Shown here one piece after another: positions 29,507-38,828 of a DNA stretch of 64,000 bases. Below the pieces are notes generated by a model. That model worked only from the letters and a program-made list of their open reading frames with translations, was not told the DNA's origin and made no database searches. Within the stretch, counting starts at the first letter, position 1, and each line of letters starts with the position of its first letter. The position numbers were made by a program, and so were the translations under genes. Source of the stretch: Vulcanimicrobiota bacterium (GTDB lineage Bacteria > Vulcanimicrobiota > Vulcanimicrobiia > Vulcanimicrobiales > Vulcanimicrobiaceae); contig CAWETW010000002.1 of assembly GCA_963812155.1 (NCBI GenBank), positions 160,001-224,000 of the forward strand, in the 5' to 3' direction.

Positions 29507-30834
29507 CAGTTCGTCAGCGTTGCTGCGGCTTTGCCGCGCGTCCACAGGAGGTAGGCCGGGACGGCACTGAGGACGATGACGATCCCGACGAGCCCGTCGC
29601 GCGGATCGGCTAGGCATGCGGCCGCCGCGACACCCCAGGATGCGACCAAATAGAGGCCGGTCGAAACGGGATGACCGGGCGCGCGAAACGTTCCCGGCGG
29701 CATCGCATGCGTGTCGCGCGCTCGCAGAACGAAGACGGCTAGCGCGAGCAGGCCGTTGAATGCGTAGAACGTGGCGACGACGTAATTCAAAATCTGTTCG
29801 TAGTTACCCCAGAGCGCGACGATCGTCGCGACCACTCCCTGCACCGCGATTGCGAAGACGGGCGCGTGCGTGCGCGGATTGACGTGTGCGACGTGGCGAA
29901 AGAAAAGCCCGTCTTGCGCCATAGCTTGATAGAGGCGCGGGACCGTCAGCATCCGATTGCTGATGAAACCCAGCGTCACCACCGCCACGACGATCGACGC
30001 GACGCGGCTTGCAGCCTTTCCCGTCGAAGCGAGCAGCACCGACGAAGCGGGTACGGCCGTGTGCGCCAAACCATGCAGACCCAGCACGCGCACGCAACTC
30101 ACGTTGACGAGCACGTAGAGAATCGTCACGCACGCCATGCCGACGATCAGACCAATTGGGAGCGTTCGAAGTTCATTTTTTGTTTCGGGGGCCATGAAGT
30201 TGGCGACCATTGCGCCGTTATAACTGAAGAGAATCGGAACCATCGCGAAAGCGAACGCGGCCGGCCACACCGGCATCGTCGTCGCGCTTACCGCAACGGA
30301 ATCCGCGGCGGGACGCGCGTAGATGCCGGCAGCCACGATCGCCAGCAGCGCGACGATCTTCAGCAAGGTCAAGGCGCCTTGCAGCCGGTTCCCGGCGCGC
30401 GCTCCCAGGGCGTTCACGACTGCCAGGATTGCGATGACCGCGGCCGCGACGATTGCGGGCCACATGCGAAGCCCGGTAAGCGAAAGAAAATACCCCGCAA
30501 ACAGTACGGCGGCCGCCGCAATTCCGCCGCTGAACGAGGCCAGCAATCCGGTCCAGCCATACGCGAATCCGACGATGGGATGAAAAGCGTCGCGCAGATA
30601 CGCGTACGGTCCACCACCTTTCGGAAGGCGCGCGCCGAGTTCGCCCAGGACGAACGCGCCGCACAGCGCGACGATGCCGCCGGCCAACCACACTGCCGGC
30701 ACGAAAGCCGCTGCCGGCAGACGTTGCGCGACGACCGCCGGCGTCCGAAAGATTCCCGAGCCGACGACGCTCCCGACGACGATGAGCGCCACGTCGTAAA
30801 GCCCGAGGTGGCGCGGTAGCGCCGGCGAGCGCAC
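29506..30834 (-). CDS. APC-family amino acid permease
   Basis: VGSVVGSGIFRTP, ELGARLPKGGGPY; about 12 TM. Confidence 0.92.
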   Translation of the reverse strand: MRSPALPRHLGLYDVALIVVGSVVGSGIFRTPAVVAQRLPAAAFVPAVWLAGGIVALCGAFVLGELGARLPKGGGPYAYLRDAFHPIVGFAYGWTGLLASFSGGIAAAAVLFAGYFLSLTGLRMWPAIVAAAVIAILAVVNALGARAGNRLQGALTLLKIVALLAIVAAGIYARPAADSVAVSATTMPVWPAAFAFAMVPILFSYNGAMVANFMAPETKNELRTLPIGLIVGMACVTILYVLVNVSCVRVLGLHGLAHTAVPASSVLLASTGKAASRVASIVVAVVTLGFISNRMLTVPRLYQAMAQDGLFFRHVAHVNPRTHAPVFAIAVQGVVATIVALWGNYEQILNYVVATFYAFNGLLALAVFVLRARDTHAMPPGTFRAPGHPVSTGLYLVASWGVAAAACLADPRDGLVGIVIVLSAVPAYLLWTRGKAAATLTN

Positions 30835-30837
30835 GGG

Positions 30838-31662
30838 TTAGACCGGCGTTTCGCCGATTACCGTCGCGCGGCGAACCAGCCGGCGCGCCGGAAAGTAGTC
30901 GGCCAGCGCGCAATGCTGCGTCCAGCGATTGTCCCATATGGCAACGGTACCCGCGCTCCATCGCCAACGCACTTGAAACTCCGGCGCGCTCATATGCTCG
31001 AAGAGGAAGCGCAGCAACGCTTCGCTCTCGCGCGCGGAGAGGTTTTCGATATGTGAGGTGAAGTCTTGATTGACGAAGAGCGCTTTTCGTCCGGTCGCGG
31101 GATTGGTGCGCGCGACGGGATGCGACACCGGCGGATGCGCCGCATAGATGGCCTCGCGGCGGTTTTCCATCCCGAGCGCAGAAAAACGATCCGGCGTGAA
31201 GTTCTTAGCGAAGGAATGGACCGCGCGCAGGCCGCCCACGAACTGCTTCATCGGGCCGGAAAGCGCTTCGTATGCCAGATACATGTTGGCCCATAACGTG
31301 TCCCCGCCGATTTCCGGTATTTCTTCGGCGTAAAGAACCGCGGCCTTGGGCGGCTTCGCGAGATACGTTACGTCTGTGTGCCACCGGTCGCTGTTGGCAC
31401 GCCGCGCCGCGTCGTGCTCCAACACCATAATTTCCGGAGCGCTCTCGTGACCCGGATAGAACGGATGGAGGTAGAGCGGACCGAAACGCGCGGCAAGGTC
31501 GCGCTGCTGCACGGGCGTAAGCGATTGATTTTGGAAGAACAGCACGAGGCGGTCGCCGAGCGCCCCTTCTAACTCGGCGATATCCGTTTCAGAGAGCGGC
31601 TCGCGCAAATCCACGCCTTCGACGACGGCGCCAATGCCCGGCGTGAGCGGTGTCGTCTTCAC
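30838..31662 (-). CDS. tauD: TauD/TfdA Fe(II)/2-oxoglutarate dioxygenase, taurine-dioxygenase-like
   Basis: WHTDVTY, GGDTLWAN, HPVART, WDNRWTQH. Confidence 0.85.
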   Translation of the reverse strand: MKTTPLTPGIGAVVEGVDLREPLSETDIAELEGALGDRLVLFFQNQSLTPVQQRDLAARFGPLYLHPFYPGHESAPEIMVLEHDAARRANSDRWHTDVTYLAKPPKAAVLYAEEIPEIGGDTLWANMYLAYEALSGPMKQFVGGLRAVHSFAKNFTPDRFSALGMENRREAIYAAHPPVSHPVARTNPATGRKALFVNQDFTSHIENLSARESEALLRFLFEHMSAPEFQVRWRWSAGTVAIWDNRWTQHCALADYFPARRLVRRATVIGETPV

Positions 31663-31675
31663 TCCGTTGTCCTCA

Positions 31676-32128
31676 TTATGGTGGGAGCGGCGCCCAGGCG
31701 TGCACGCCGTCGTCTGAAATCGACCACGGCCGCGCGCCGGTACGGCTGCGATAGTATCCCCCGTTCGTGCAGCCGCCGCCGGCGCCTATCGCCAACGCAC
31801 AGAAATAGGCGCGTACGTAACCACCGTCCCACGACAGCGATTCGCGCATACATGCCGTCATGAACTGCGGATATGCGGTGGCACCCCAATCGGCTGCAAG
31901 CGTCACGTCCCAACCGGTAACGTCTTGGTGCTCGATGCGCGCGCGATAGAGTTTGCATCCGCTTGCGCCCAAGATGAGCGGGTCAGCGTGCCCCGGGAGG
32001 TGCACCACAATCAAGTTCTTGCCGAAGCGCGCACGGTCTTCGTTGGAAATCACGTAGGGAACGTGCGCGCATGCGCTCGCGGCGACTGTCAGAACCAGTA
32101 CGATTGCGGCGGCGCGTACGGATCGCAT
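31676..32128 (-). CDS. Hypothetical Cys-containing lipoprotein
   Basis: Signal ending ASAC; fits between co-oriented genes. Confidence 0.65.
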   Translation of the reverse strand: MRSVRAAAIVLVLTVAASACAHVPYVISNEDRARFGKNLIVVHLPGHADPLILGASGCKLYRARIEHQDVTGWDVTLAADWGATAYPQFMTACMRESLSWDGGYVRAYFCALAIGAGGGCTNGGYYRSRTGARPWSISDDGVHAWAPLPP

Positions 32129-32152
32129 CGCGTTTCCTAGACACGAAATTCG

Positions 32153-33487
32153 TCACATCGGTGGACCAATGACGATCCAGGTCTTCCCTTGATAGCGCTG
32201 CACGAGCACGACCGTCCCGGTGCTTCCCTGACCGACGAGGAAGGCGTCTTCGGATTTTTCCATGCCGGGCTGGACGACTTCTTGCGCGGCCGGAAGATGT
32301 GCGCGATACCAGGATCGCACCGTCGTGAAGTCGTCGGCCGTCGCGTAGGTTTTCGCTTGCGCGGGCGGAGTCTTGAAACCAACGCCTGAAGGCCGCTCCG
32401 ACGCGACGGCACCCGGATAGACGGGAGGAGCGGTTCCGGCGTTTCCATCGCTCGGGCTTGGCGATCCCACGCGCCCCGCCTCGGCGCACGCCGACGTCGT
32501 GCCGCCAAACATCACTGCAAGGCCGCACGCGGATGCGAACATGCGGCGGTTATCGTGCGGAACGCCTTCGACGAAGGCGTAGTCTTGAGCGGTCCCGCGC
32601 GGGTGGCGCCGACCGATGTAGGCGATGTAGAATTTCGCGCGCGTGAAGCGGTTCGGACCCTGTGCTTCGCCACCGCAGGAGCGGTCCAAATCGTCTTCGT
32701 TCGGATTCGTGTCGGCGGTCCCCATGAGATAGCTAACGTGCCGGGTGGCGTACCGCGATTCGAGTTGCGCAGACGTCCCGGTAACGTAGCGCGGTGCGCC
32801 CTTCAACCCGTATCGCCATTGGTCGAAGTCCGGACAGTTCGACTGCGGAACCGGGCGCCAATCGGTGAAGTAAAAATACGATGATGGATTCGAAACAACG
32901 AGATGCACCGGGATTCGCGCGCCGGAGTCGAGCCCCGCAGATTTACCGACCGCCGCGTAACGCTGGACGATTTGGCCGCCCGCGGAGTGTCCGGCGATCA
33001 CGATCTCGCGAAGTTTCGGAAAGCGTTCGATATCCGACAAACGCGCAACGATCGCATCGAAAACCTCGTACGTGCTGATCGGCGCGGGTGCCACCGCATC
33101 CGAACCGCCGGGCCACGTTCCCTTCCAGTACAGCGTGCGCGGTGAAACGGAATGACCGGCCAGATCGTCCCGTTCGACGAACTGCGGAGCGATGACGAGC
33201 GTGTCGCGCAACGCATGCGCGGCATCGGCGGCAATCACGCCCGTATCGTAGTAGTAGTCCGCGTCGCGCAGTACGCCGTGCACGACGACAATCGCGCGCG
33301 TGACCGACGCATCTCCATCGAGGGACGACGTTCCGAAGTACCGCGCGTACCCGCTGCCGAGCGGCGTGGTCACCAGAAATTGGCGATCGGCGAGGCGCCC
33401 GGAGTTGTCGGGTTGCGGCGTCGTCGTTACGGGGACGACGACGCTCAAAAGCAGAGGAGCCAGTAGGGCGCTGACGAGTTGATGCAC
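32153..33487 (-). CDS. Secreted alpha/beta hydrolase with extra C-terminal domain
   Basis: VVHGVLRDA, GHSAGGQ nucleophile elbow, NPSSY, GVPHD. Confidence 0.82.
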   Translation of the reverse strand: MHQLVSALLAPLLLSVVVPVTTTPQPDNSGRLADRQFLVTTPLGSGYARYFGTSSLDGDASVTRAIVVVHGVLRDADYYYDTGVIAADAAHALRDTLVIAPQFVERDDLAGHSVSPRTLYWKGTWPGGSDAVAPAPISTYEVFDAIVARLSDIERFPKLREIVIAGHSAGGQIVQRYAAVGKSAGLDSGARIPVHLVVSNPSSYFYFTDWRPVPQSNCPDFDQWRYGLKGAPRYVTGTSAQLESRYATRHVSYLMGTADTNPNEDDLDRSCGGEAQGPNRFTRAKFYIAYIGRRHPRGTAQDYAFVEGVPHDNRRMFASACGLAVMFGGTTSACAEAGRVGSPSPSDGNAGTAPPVYPGAVASERPSGVGFKTPPAQAKTYATADDFTTVRSWYRAHLPAAQEVVQPGMEKSEDAFLVGQGSTGTVVLVQRYQGKTWIVIGPPM

Positions 33488-33567
33488 GAGCGATTCTTTC
33501 GGGCCGTCGCGGCTGCATCATCCTGCCCGAAGCGGGGACGTCTCGATCGGCGGCAAAAGGCGACATC

Positions 33568-34719
33568 GTGCATCGGCGCGTCTTCGCAATCGTACTCTCG
33601 GCGATCTCCGCCCTTGGCGTGCCGGGTTGCAGCGCGCCGGTCATCCCGAACGCTTTCCGTGAGACATCCGGCGCTGCCGAGCGCGCGTGCCGTCCGATTT
33701 TTTATCCACCGAGAGGCGCGGTCAAGCCACGCCGGATTGTTTTACGCGGTCCGGGACTGGTGTTCGGCGGAGGCGGGCTCGACGTCGACGGCGAGTTCGT
33801 ATGGATTCACGATACGGTCGTTGGATCGCACGCGCGTCGGGACGGCGATCTCGTCATCTTACGGGCAAGCGGAGACAACGACTACGATCGTTACATCTAC
33901 CGTCTGGCGCCCTACAACTCGGTACGAACGCTCTTGCTGCCGGATTGCTCGTCTCCGAAGGTGCTGGCCGCGGCGGCAGCCATCGTCAGTGCTTCGTCGG
34001 CCGTGTTCTTCGCCGGGGGAGATCAGGCCGACTACGTTGTGTGGAAGGGAACGCCGATTCAAACAGCCGTGCAGGGCGTTTACGATGAGGGAGGCATCGT
34101 CGGAGGCACCAGCGCCGGCGAAGCGATCCTCTCCGAATACGTCTTCGACGCGCTCCACGATAACCGGTTCGACGCGACGTCGAAAAACGCGGTTCGCAAT
34201 CCCTACGAACGGTTGATCAGCTTTACGTACGATTTCCTGCGCTTCCCGGCTGCCGCCGGCGCCGTCGCCGACATGCATTTCGTTACGCGGAACCGCTTCG
34301 GGCGCACGGCAGTTTTTATGGCGCGGCAAATCGCGGACGGGAAGGTTGGCGGAACGCATCCCGAGGTGCGTGCGATCGCCGTCGACGAAGCGAGCGGACT
34401 CGTCGTCGACCGGCACGGAATGGCGACGCTGTTGCTGCAAGGCAAAGGCGGCTCGGCTTTTTTGATTCGAGGCGGTGCGGCGCGCGCGATCGAGCCCGGC
34501 AAGCCGTTCGTGTCGGGACGGATGACCGTCACGAAACTGAGCCGTCAGGGCGAGCGCTTCGATCTCGCCGCATGGTGCGGGAGCGAACCCACCTACGACG
34601 TAACGGTCGATGGAAGGCGCCCGTACGGCGAGATCTACTCACCTCTCGATCCGTACACACCTCCGCCCAATAGCCGAATACCGAAGTGTAAAGGAAGCTC
34701 TGATTTATCTCAAATCTAG
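33568..34719 (+). CDS. Cyanophycinase-like peptidase S51, exported
   Basis: FFAGGDQADY, GGTSAG, DMHFVTRNRFGR, VDE; N-terminal signal with Cys. Confidence 0.82.
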   Translation: MHRRVFAIVLSAISALGVPGCSAPVIPNAFRETSGAAERACRPIFYPPRGAVKPRRIVLRGPGLVFGGGGLDVDGEFVWIHDTVVGSHARRDGDLVILRASGDNDYDRYIYRLAPYNSVRTLLLPDCSSPKVLAAAAAIVSASSAVFFAGGDQADYVVWKGTPIQTAVQGVYDEGGIVGGTSAGEAILSEYVFDALHDNRFDATSKNAVRNPYERLISFTYDFLRFPAAAGAVADMHFVTRNRFGRTAVFMARQIADGKVGGTHPEVRAIAVDEASGLVVDRHGMATLLLQGKGGSAFLIRGGAARAIEPGKPFVSGRMTVTKLSRQGERFDLAAWCGSEPTYDVTVDGRRPYGEIYSPLDPYTPPPNSRIPKCKGSSDLSQI

Positions 34720-34792
34720 GAAACGAGGGCCGAAGTTTACTATGGTAAACGAGGCCCGAGTTGACAACGAGTTGAGGTAAATCAGAGCTTCC
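34693..34792. mobile_element. 100-bp MITE / internally deleted IS5-like element
   Basis: 21-bp terminal inverted repeats GGAAGCTCTGATTTA(T/C)CTCAA (20/21 match) at 34693-34713 and 34772-34792; no transposase. Confidence 0.65.
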
Positions 34793-36535
34793 TTAGATTG
34801 GGCCCATCGCTTTAGACAATAGCTGACAAGCGTCGGCGCCGACTTCTTTCGTAATGAGATCGTTGAGGAGCGCGTTCATCCGGAGAATCGTTTCTTGGTT
34901 CTTTCCGGGATCGAGCGCAAGATTCCGCACTTCGCCCGGATCGTTTTGCAAATCGAAGAGCTGAACGTCGTTGTTCTTCAGAATCTCGTCCAGCGTCGTC
35001 GGTATGTTACAGGCAGTCGGCGCATAGTAGCGACCGAATTTGTAGCGTCCGTCAAAAGCCAGTGCGAGCAAACCGCGTTTGGTCAAATTCGCTTGCGCTA
35101 ACGGCGGAGAAGGTTGGCCCCGGAACTGCGTGTCCATCGTTTTGTTTAGGAAATCGCCGTCGACGGTTGCCGGCCCAACGTAGTTAAAAAGAATCGCCGG
35201 ACGTATCTGCGTGAGACGCGCGCCCTCGGGGTCGTCGAGCAGCGGCGAAAAGTCGTGGCCGGGCAGCGCCGTCACGGCGGGCGGCCGTTTCGAATCCGGT
35301 AATCCGGTGAGTCCGACGAACGTGGGGAGAAGGTCGAGGTGACTGGTGAGCGCCGAGCACTTCGTGCCCGCCTTTGCAGTGGGGTGCGCAACGATGAGCG
35401 GCACGTGGACGTTTTCCTCGTAGACGAACGGGCCTTTGCCTTTGAGGCCGCCGTGGGCTCCTCCCATCTCGCCGTGGTCTGCCGTAAAGATTACAACGGT
35501 ATCCCGCCACAAATTCATCTCGTTCATGACGTCGACGATCTGCTGGATGCCGCGGTCGACGTCTTGAATGGCGTTAAGGTAGTAGTTGTAAAAGATCGTC
35601 CACATGTCTTTGCGATCGGTCGGAATGGTCCCAGACCAGCCGTCCCAGCCCTTTTTGTACTCTGACAGCGCATTCGGCATGCCCGGCGCGGCAAGCGATT
35701 CGTCGAGACTTGCCGGCAGCGTGAACGCCCATTTTTTATCGTAGATCGTGTTCGCCGGTGGGGGCGGCACGGCAGAGGGAATGACCGGAATCTGGACAGG
35801 CGGCTGCCCGGGAACGTTACCGTCACCGTACATGATGTCGTGCGGATTGACGAAGCTCGCCACCATAAAGAATGGCTGGCCGCTCTTTCGCGCTTCCGGA
35901 CCGGCTTCGCGCAAATAGCGCGCACTCTCGCCTGCGATGAAGAGGTCGTTGTCGTAGCCGCTGTCGGGCGTGCTGCCGATGTCACCGCCGGAGCCGAATT
36001 TATCGAAGCCATAGGCTTGGGCTGCGTCGCTGTAGTTTACGCTAGGTTTCGGATCCAGAATCTCCTGGTCCATTTCGAATTTTCCGAAATAGGCGGTTTT
36101 ATAGCCCATCCCTTTCAGCACCGATCCCATATTCGGCATCTTCGGATCCAAGCTGTGCACGAACGAGAATTGCATTTGGTCGATGACACCGGTGACTTGA
36201 GGCGGCTGGCCCGTGAGAAACGACGCTCTGGAGGGCGAGCACTGCGCGGTCGAGATGTAATGCTTCTGAAACGTGACTCCGCGTTCGGCCATCGCGTTCA
36301 TCGCGGGCAACGAATAGTCGGAATCTGCGAGCAGTTTTTCGACTCTTTGGTCGACGATGATGAAGACGATGTTATAGGGCGGCTTGCCGGCAGGTCCGGT
36401 CGCGATCGATCGGCTATGCGAGGTCTGCGCGGCCGCGTATTCGGGGATCCGCATCACCCCGAGGCCTGCCAAGACCTGCGCGCTTCGCGTAAGAAACTTA
36501 CCTCTCGTCTTGCTGGACGATTCCTCGCGCTTCAT
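34793..36535 (-). CDS. Sulfatase (Cys-type formylglycine), Tat-like signal
   Basis: NIVFIIVDQ, CSPSRASFLTG, FTADHGEM, TSHLDLLPT. Confidence 0.92.
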   Translation of the reverse strand: MKREESSSKTRGKFLTRSAQVLAGLGVMRIPEYAAAQTSHSRSIATGPAGKPPYNIVFIIVDQRVEKLLADSDYSLPAMNAMAERGVTFQKHYISTAQCSPSRASFLTGQPPQVTGVIDQMQFSFVHSLDPKMPNMGSVLKGMGYKTAYFGKFEMDQEILDPKPSVNYSDAAQAYGFDKFGSGGDIGSTPDSGYDNDLFIAGESARYLREAGPEARKSGQPFFMVASFVNPHDIMYGDGNVPGQPPVQIPVIPSAVPPPPANTIYDKKWAFTLPASLDESLAAPGMPNALSEYKKGWDGWSGTIPTDRKDMWTIFYNYYLNAIQDVDRGIQQIVDVMNEMNLWRDTVVIFTADHGEMGGAHGGLKGKGPFVYEENVHVPLIVAHPTAKAGTKCSALTSHLDLLPTFVGLTGLPDSKRPPAVTALPGHDFSPLLDDPEGARLTQIRPAILFNYVGPATVDGDFLNKTMDTQFRGQPSPPLAQANLTKRGLLALAFDGRYKFGRYYAPTACNIPTTLDEILKNNDVQLFDLQNDPGEVRNLALDPGKNQETILRMNALLNDLITKEVGADACQLLSKAMGPI

Positions 36536-36713
36536 CTACGTCGCCCTCTCCCTTCGACAACACGCGCGGTTCTACGCTCGACCATCGGGCGCAAAACGTC
36601 GCTACGGCGCCCGAGGCTTTCGCGTCCGCGCATGGGCACCCCTGGGACGATGACAATGACGACGCTACGGGGAAACGAGCACGAGTGTTTTCGTCAACTG
36701 CCGTAATCGCGCG

Positions 36714-37571
36714 GTGATCGTCCACCTCGTCGACGGAACATACGAACTCTTCCGCCACTTCTACGGATTGCGCCGCTTCAACAACGGTGAGGATCGCCGG
36801 TTCGGAGCCGCCGTTGGCGTATGCAACACGATCCTCCAGATGATCGACGAGGGCGCGACGCATGTCGGAGTGGCGACCGATCACGTCATCGAGTCGTTCC
36901 GCAATGCCCTCTGGAGCGGTTACAAAACCGGAGCCGGCATCGAGCCGGCGTTACGCACGCAATTCGAACCGCTCGAAGATGCGTTAGATGCAATGGGGAT
37001 CCAGGTGTGGGCGATGGTCGAACTCGAGGCCGACGATGCGCTCGCCTCCGCCGCGGCCATAGCGTCGAGAAATTCACGCGCGGAAAAAATCTGCATTTGG
37101 ACGCCGGACAAGGATCTCGCGCAATGCGTGCGTGAGGACCGCATCGTGCAGGTGGACCGGCGTAGCAAGCTCGTGCGCGACGCCGCCGGCGTGCGGGCAA
37201 AGTTCGGTGTAGATCCCGAACTCATCCCGGATTACCTTGCGCTCGTTGGAGATTCCGCGGATGGTTATCCCGGCATCGCCGGCATCGGTGCCAAAGGCGC
37301 GGCGCTTCTCCTCGCACGCCATGGTCCGATCGAACGGTTTCCACCCGAGGTTCTCGGCGATCGCCGCCCTCTCGCGTTGAAGTTCAAAGAGCTGGCAACG
37401 CTTCGAACCGACGCGGCACTTTTTTCGAACGTCAATGAGTTGGCGTGGCAGGGGCCTACGTCGCGATTCTCGACCGTTTGCAAGCGGCTCGACGCCCCGA
37501 ACCTCCTTGCACGCGCGACGAAATTGCAAAAGGCGGACAACGCGTCGGTCCGCAGGAACTCTAAACGATAA
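36714..37571 (+). CDS. Stand-alone 5'-3' exonuclease / flap endonuclease
   Basis: LVDGTY, EADD, DKDLAQ, LVGDSADGYPGIAGIGAK. Confidence 0.9.
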   Translation: MIVHLVDGTYELFRHFYGLRRFNNGEDRRFGAAVGVCNTILQMIDEGATHVGVATDHVIESFRNALWSGYKTGAGIEPALRTQFEPLEDALDAMGIQVWAMVELEADDALASAAAIASRNSRAEKICIWTPDKDLAQCVREDRIVQVDRRSKLVRDAAGVRAKFGVDPELIPDYLALVGDSADGYPGIAGIGAKGAALLLARHGPIERFPPEVLGDRRPLALKFKELATLRTDAALFSNVNELAWQGPTSRFSTVCKRLDAPNLLARATKLQKADNASVRRNSKR

Positions 37572-38374
37572 TGAAAGTATCGATCGCGCTCGTTTTTGCT
37601 ACCGCGCTCGCTTGTTCGGCTACCGGCTGTTCGTCCACGGCGACGACCGTGCCGATGCCGACGTCCGCGCCGGCTATCTGCACGAGCTTCGTTCTCACCG
37701 GGCATCCGTCGTATCCGCCGGTGGCTTGGAAGAGCGCCGGCACGCTAACCGGCGGCGGCATCGACGTCGTCGCGCGCCTGGCAAACGCAAACGGGATAAA
37801 GATGCGCGTCCTTGCGCAGGATACTTGGGAAGACGCGCAGCTCGCGGTGCGCGGAGGTCACGCCGACGCGATCGTCGGAATTTATAAGACGAAAGAGCGC
37901 CAGGCGTACTTCCACTATCTATCGCCGCCGCTCGCCCCGGACCCGTCCGCCGTCGTCATTCGTAGCGGCGAAAGTTTCACGTATAAGGACTGGGACAGCC
38001 TCATCGGCAAACGCGGTGTTCTGGGAGCAGGTGAGTCGTACGGTTCAGCGTTCGACGAATTCCTGGCTGCAAAGCTCACGACGTATCGCGTAGCCACCCT
38101 CGCCGACGTCTTCTCGGAGGTGCTCGCGAGCAAAGCCGACTACGGACTCAGCGGCTACTACGCCGCAGTGACGTCATCTCCGCCGGGCATTGTGTTTGCG
38201 AGTAAGAACTTCGTCACCGAAGGCCTCTACCTCGCTTTTGGTAAGCAGTCGCGCTGCGGTTTCGCGCTCGCGAGTGCCTTCTCGGCCGGCATCGCGCAGA
38301 TGAGAGCCGATGGCACGATCGATCGTATTTTTGCGCGTGAGCTCAAACGCTACGAACGAACCCATCCGCGCTAA
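37571..38374 (+). CDS. Family 3 solute-binding lipoprotein
   Basis: Lipoprotein signal; YPP..GIDV, GESYG, MRADGTID. Confidence 0.82.
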   Translation: MKVSIALVFATALACSATGCSSTATTVPMPTSAPAICTSFVLTGHPSYPPVAWKSAGTLTGGGIDVVARLANANGIKMRVLAQDTWEDAQLAVRGGHADAIVGIYKTKERQAYFHYLSPPLAPDPSAVVIRSGESFTYKDWDSLIGKRGVLGAGESYGSAFDEFLAAKLTTYRVATLADVFSEVLASKADYGLSGYYAAVTSSPPGIVFASKNFVTEGLYLAFGKQSRCGFALASAFSAGIAQMRADGTIDRIFARELKRYERTHPR

Positions 38375-38377
38375 CGG

Positions 38378-38497
38378 CTAGCTCGCTTTGCGAGAAGCGG
38401 CGTCCTCGGCGCGGCGACGCCGCGAAGAATCCAGCGGGGTCAGCATTGTTTGCAAGCCGCCGACGACGGTAATCGGAATTCCGTTGTGGAAAACCAT
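38378..38497 (-). CDS. Small protein, 39 aa (MVFHNGIPITVVGGLQTMLTPLDSSRRRRAEDAASRKAS)
   Basis: Strong SD GGGAGG upstream of ATG; stop abuts the convergent gene; too short for the ORF track. Confidence 0.55.
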   Translation of the reverse strand: MVFHNGIPITVVGGLQTMLTPLDSSRRRRAEDAASRKAS

Positions 38498-38828
38498 CCT
38501 AAACCTCCCTTCCCATTGTTCGAATTTTCATCCACTCATATAGACCTATCCAAAGACGGAAAAGTTTCGCTGTCGTAACGCGCAAATTCGTGCTTGGCGG
38601 CCTTTAACGGGCGACTATTGTCGGGCGGCGCCGCCGGCTGAAAACCGCGGAATTCGGCGTCTGGAAAATCGACCGGATATGCTTCGGTTACAGCGTCAAT
38701 AGGGATGCCGCAAATCGCAATGGCGAGCGCCGCATTTGACGGCGGCGCCGAGGAGGAAGTCGTAGCGTCGTAGGCGGAGTCGACCGAATGCCAGCCGGAA
38801 ACCGTTACGGTCGTGCGGAGCGTTGGGT

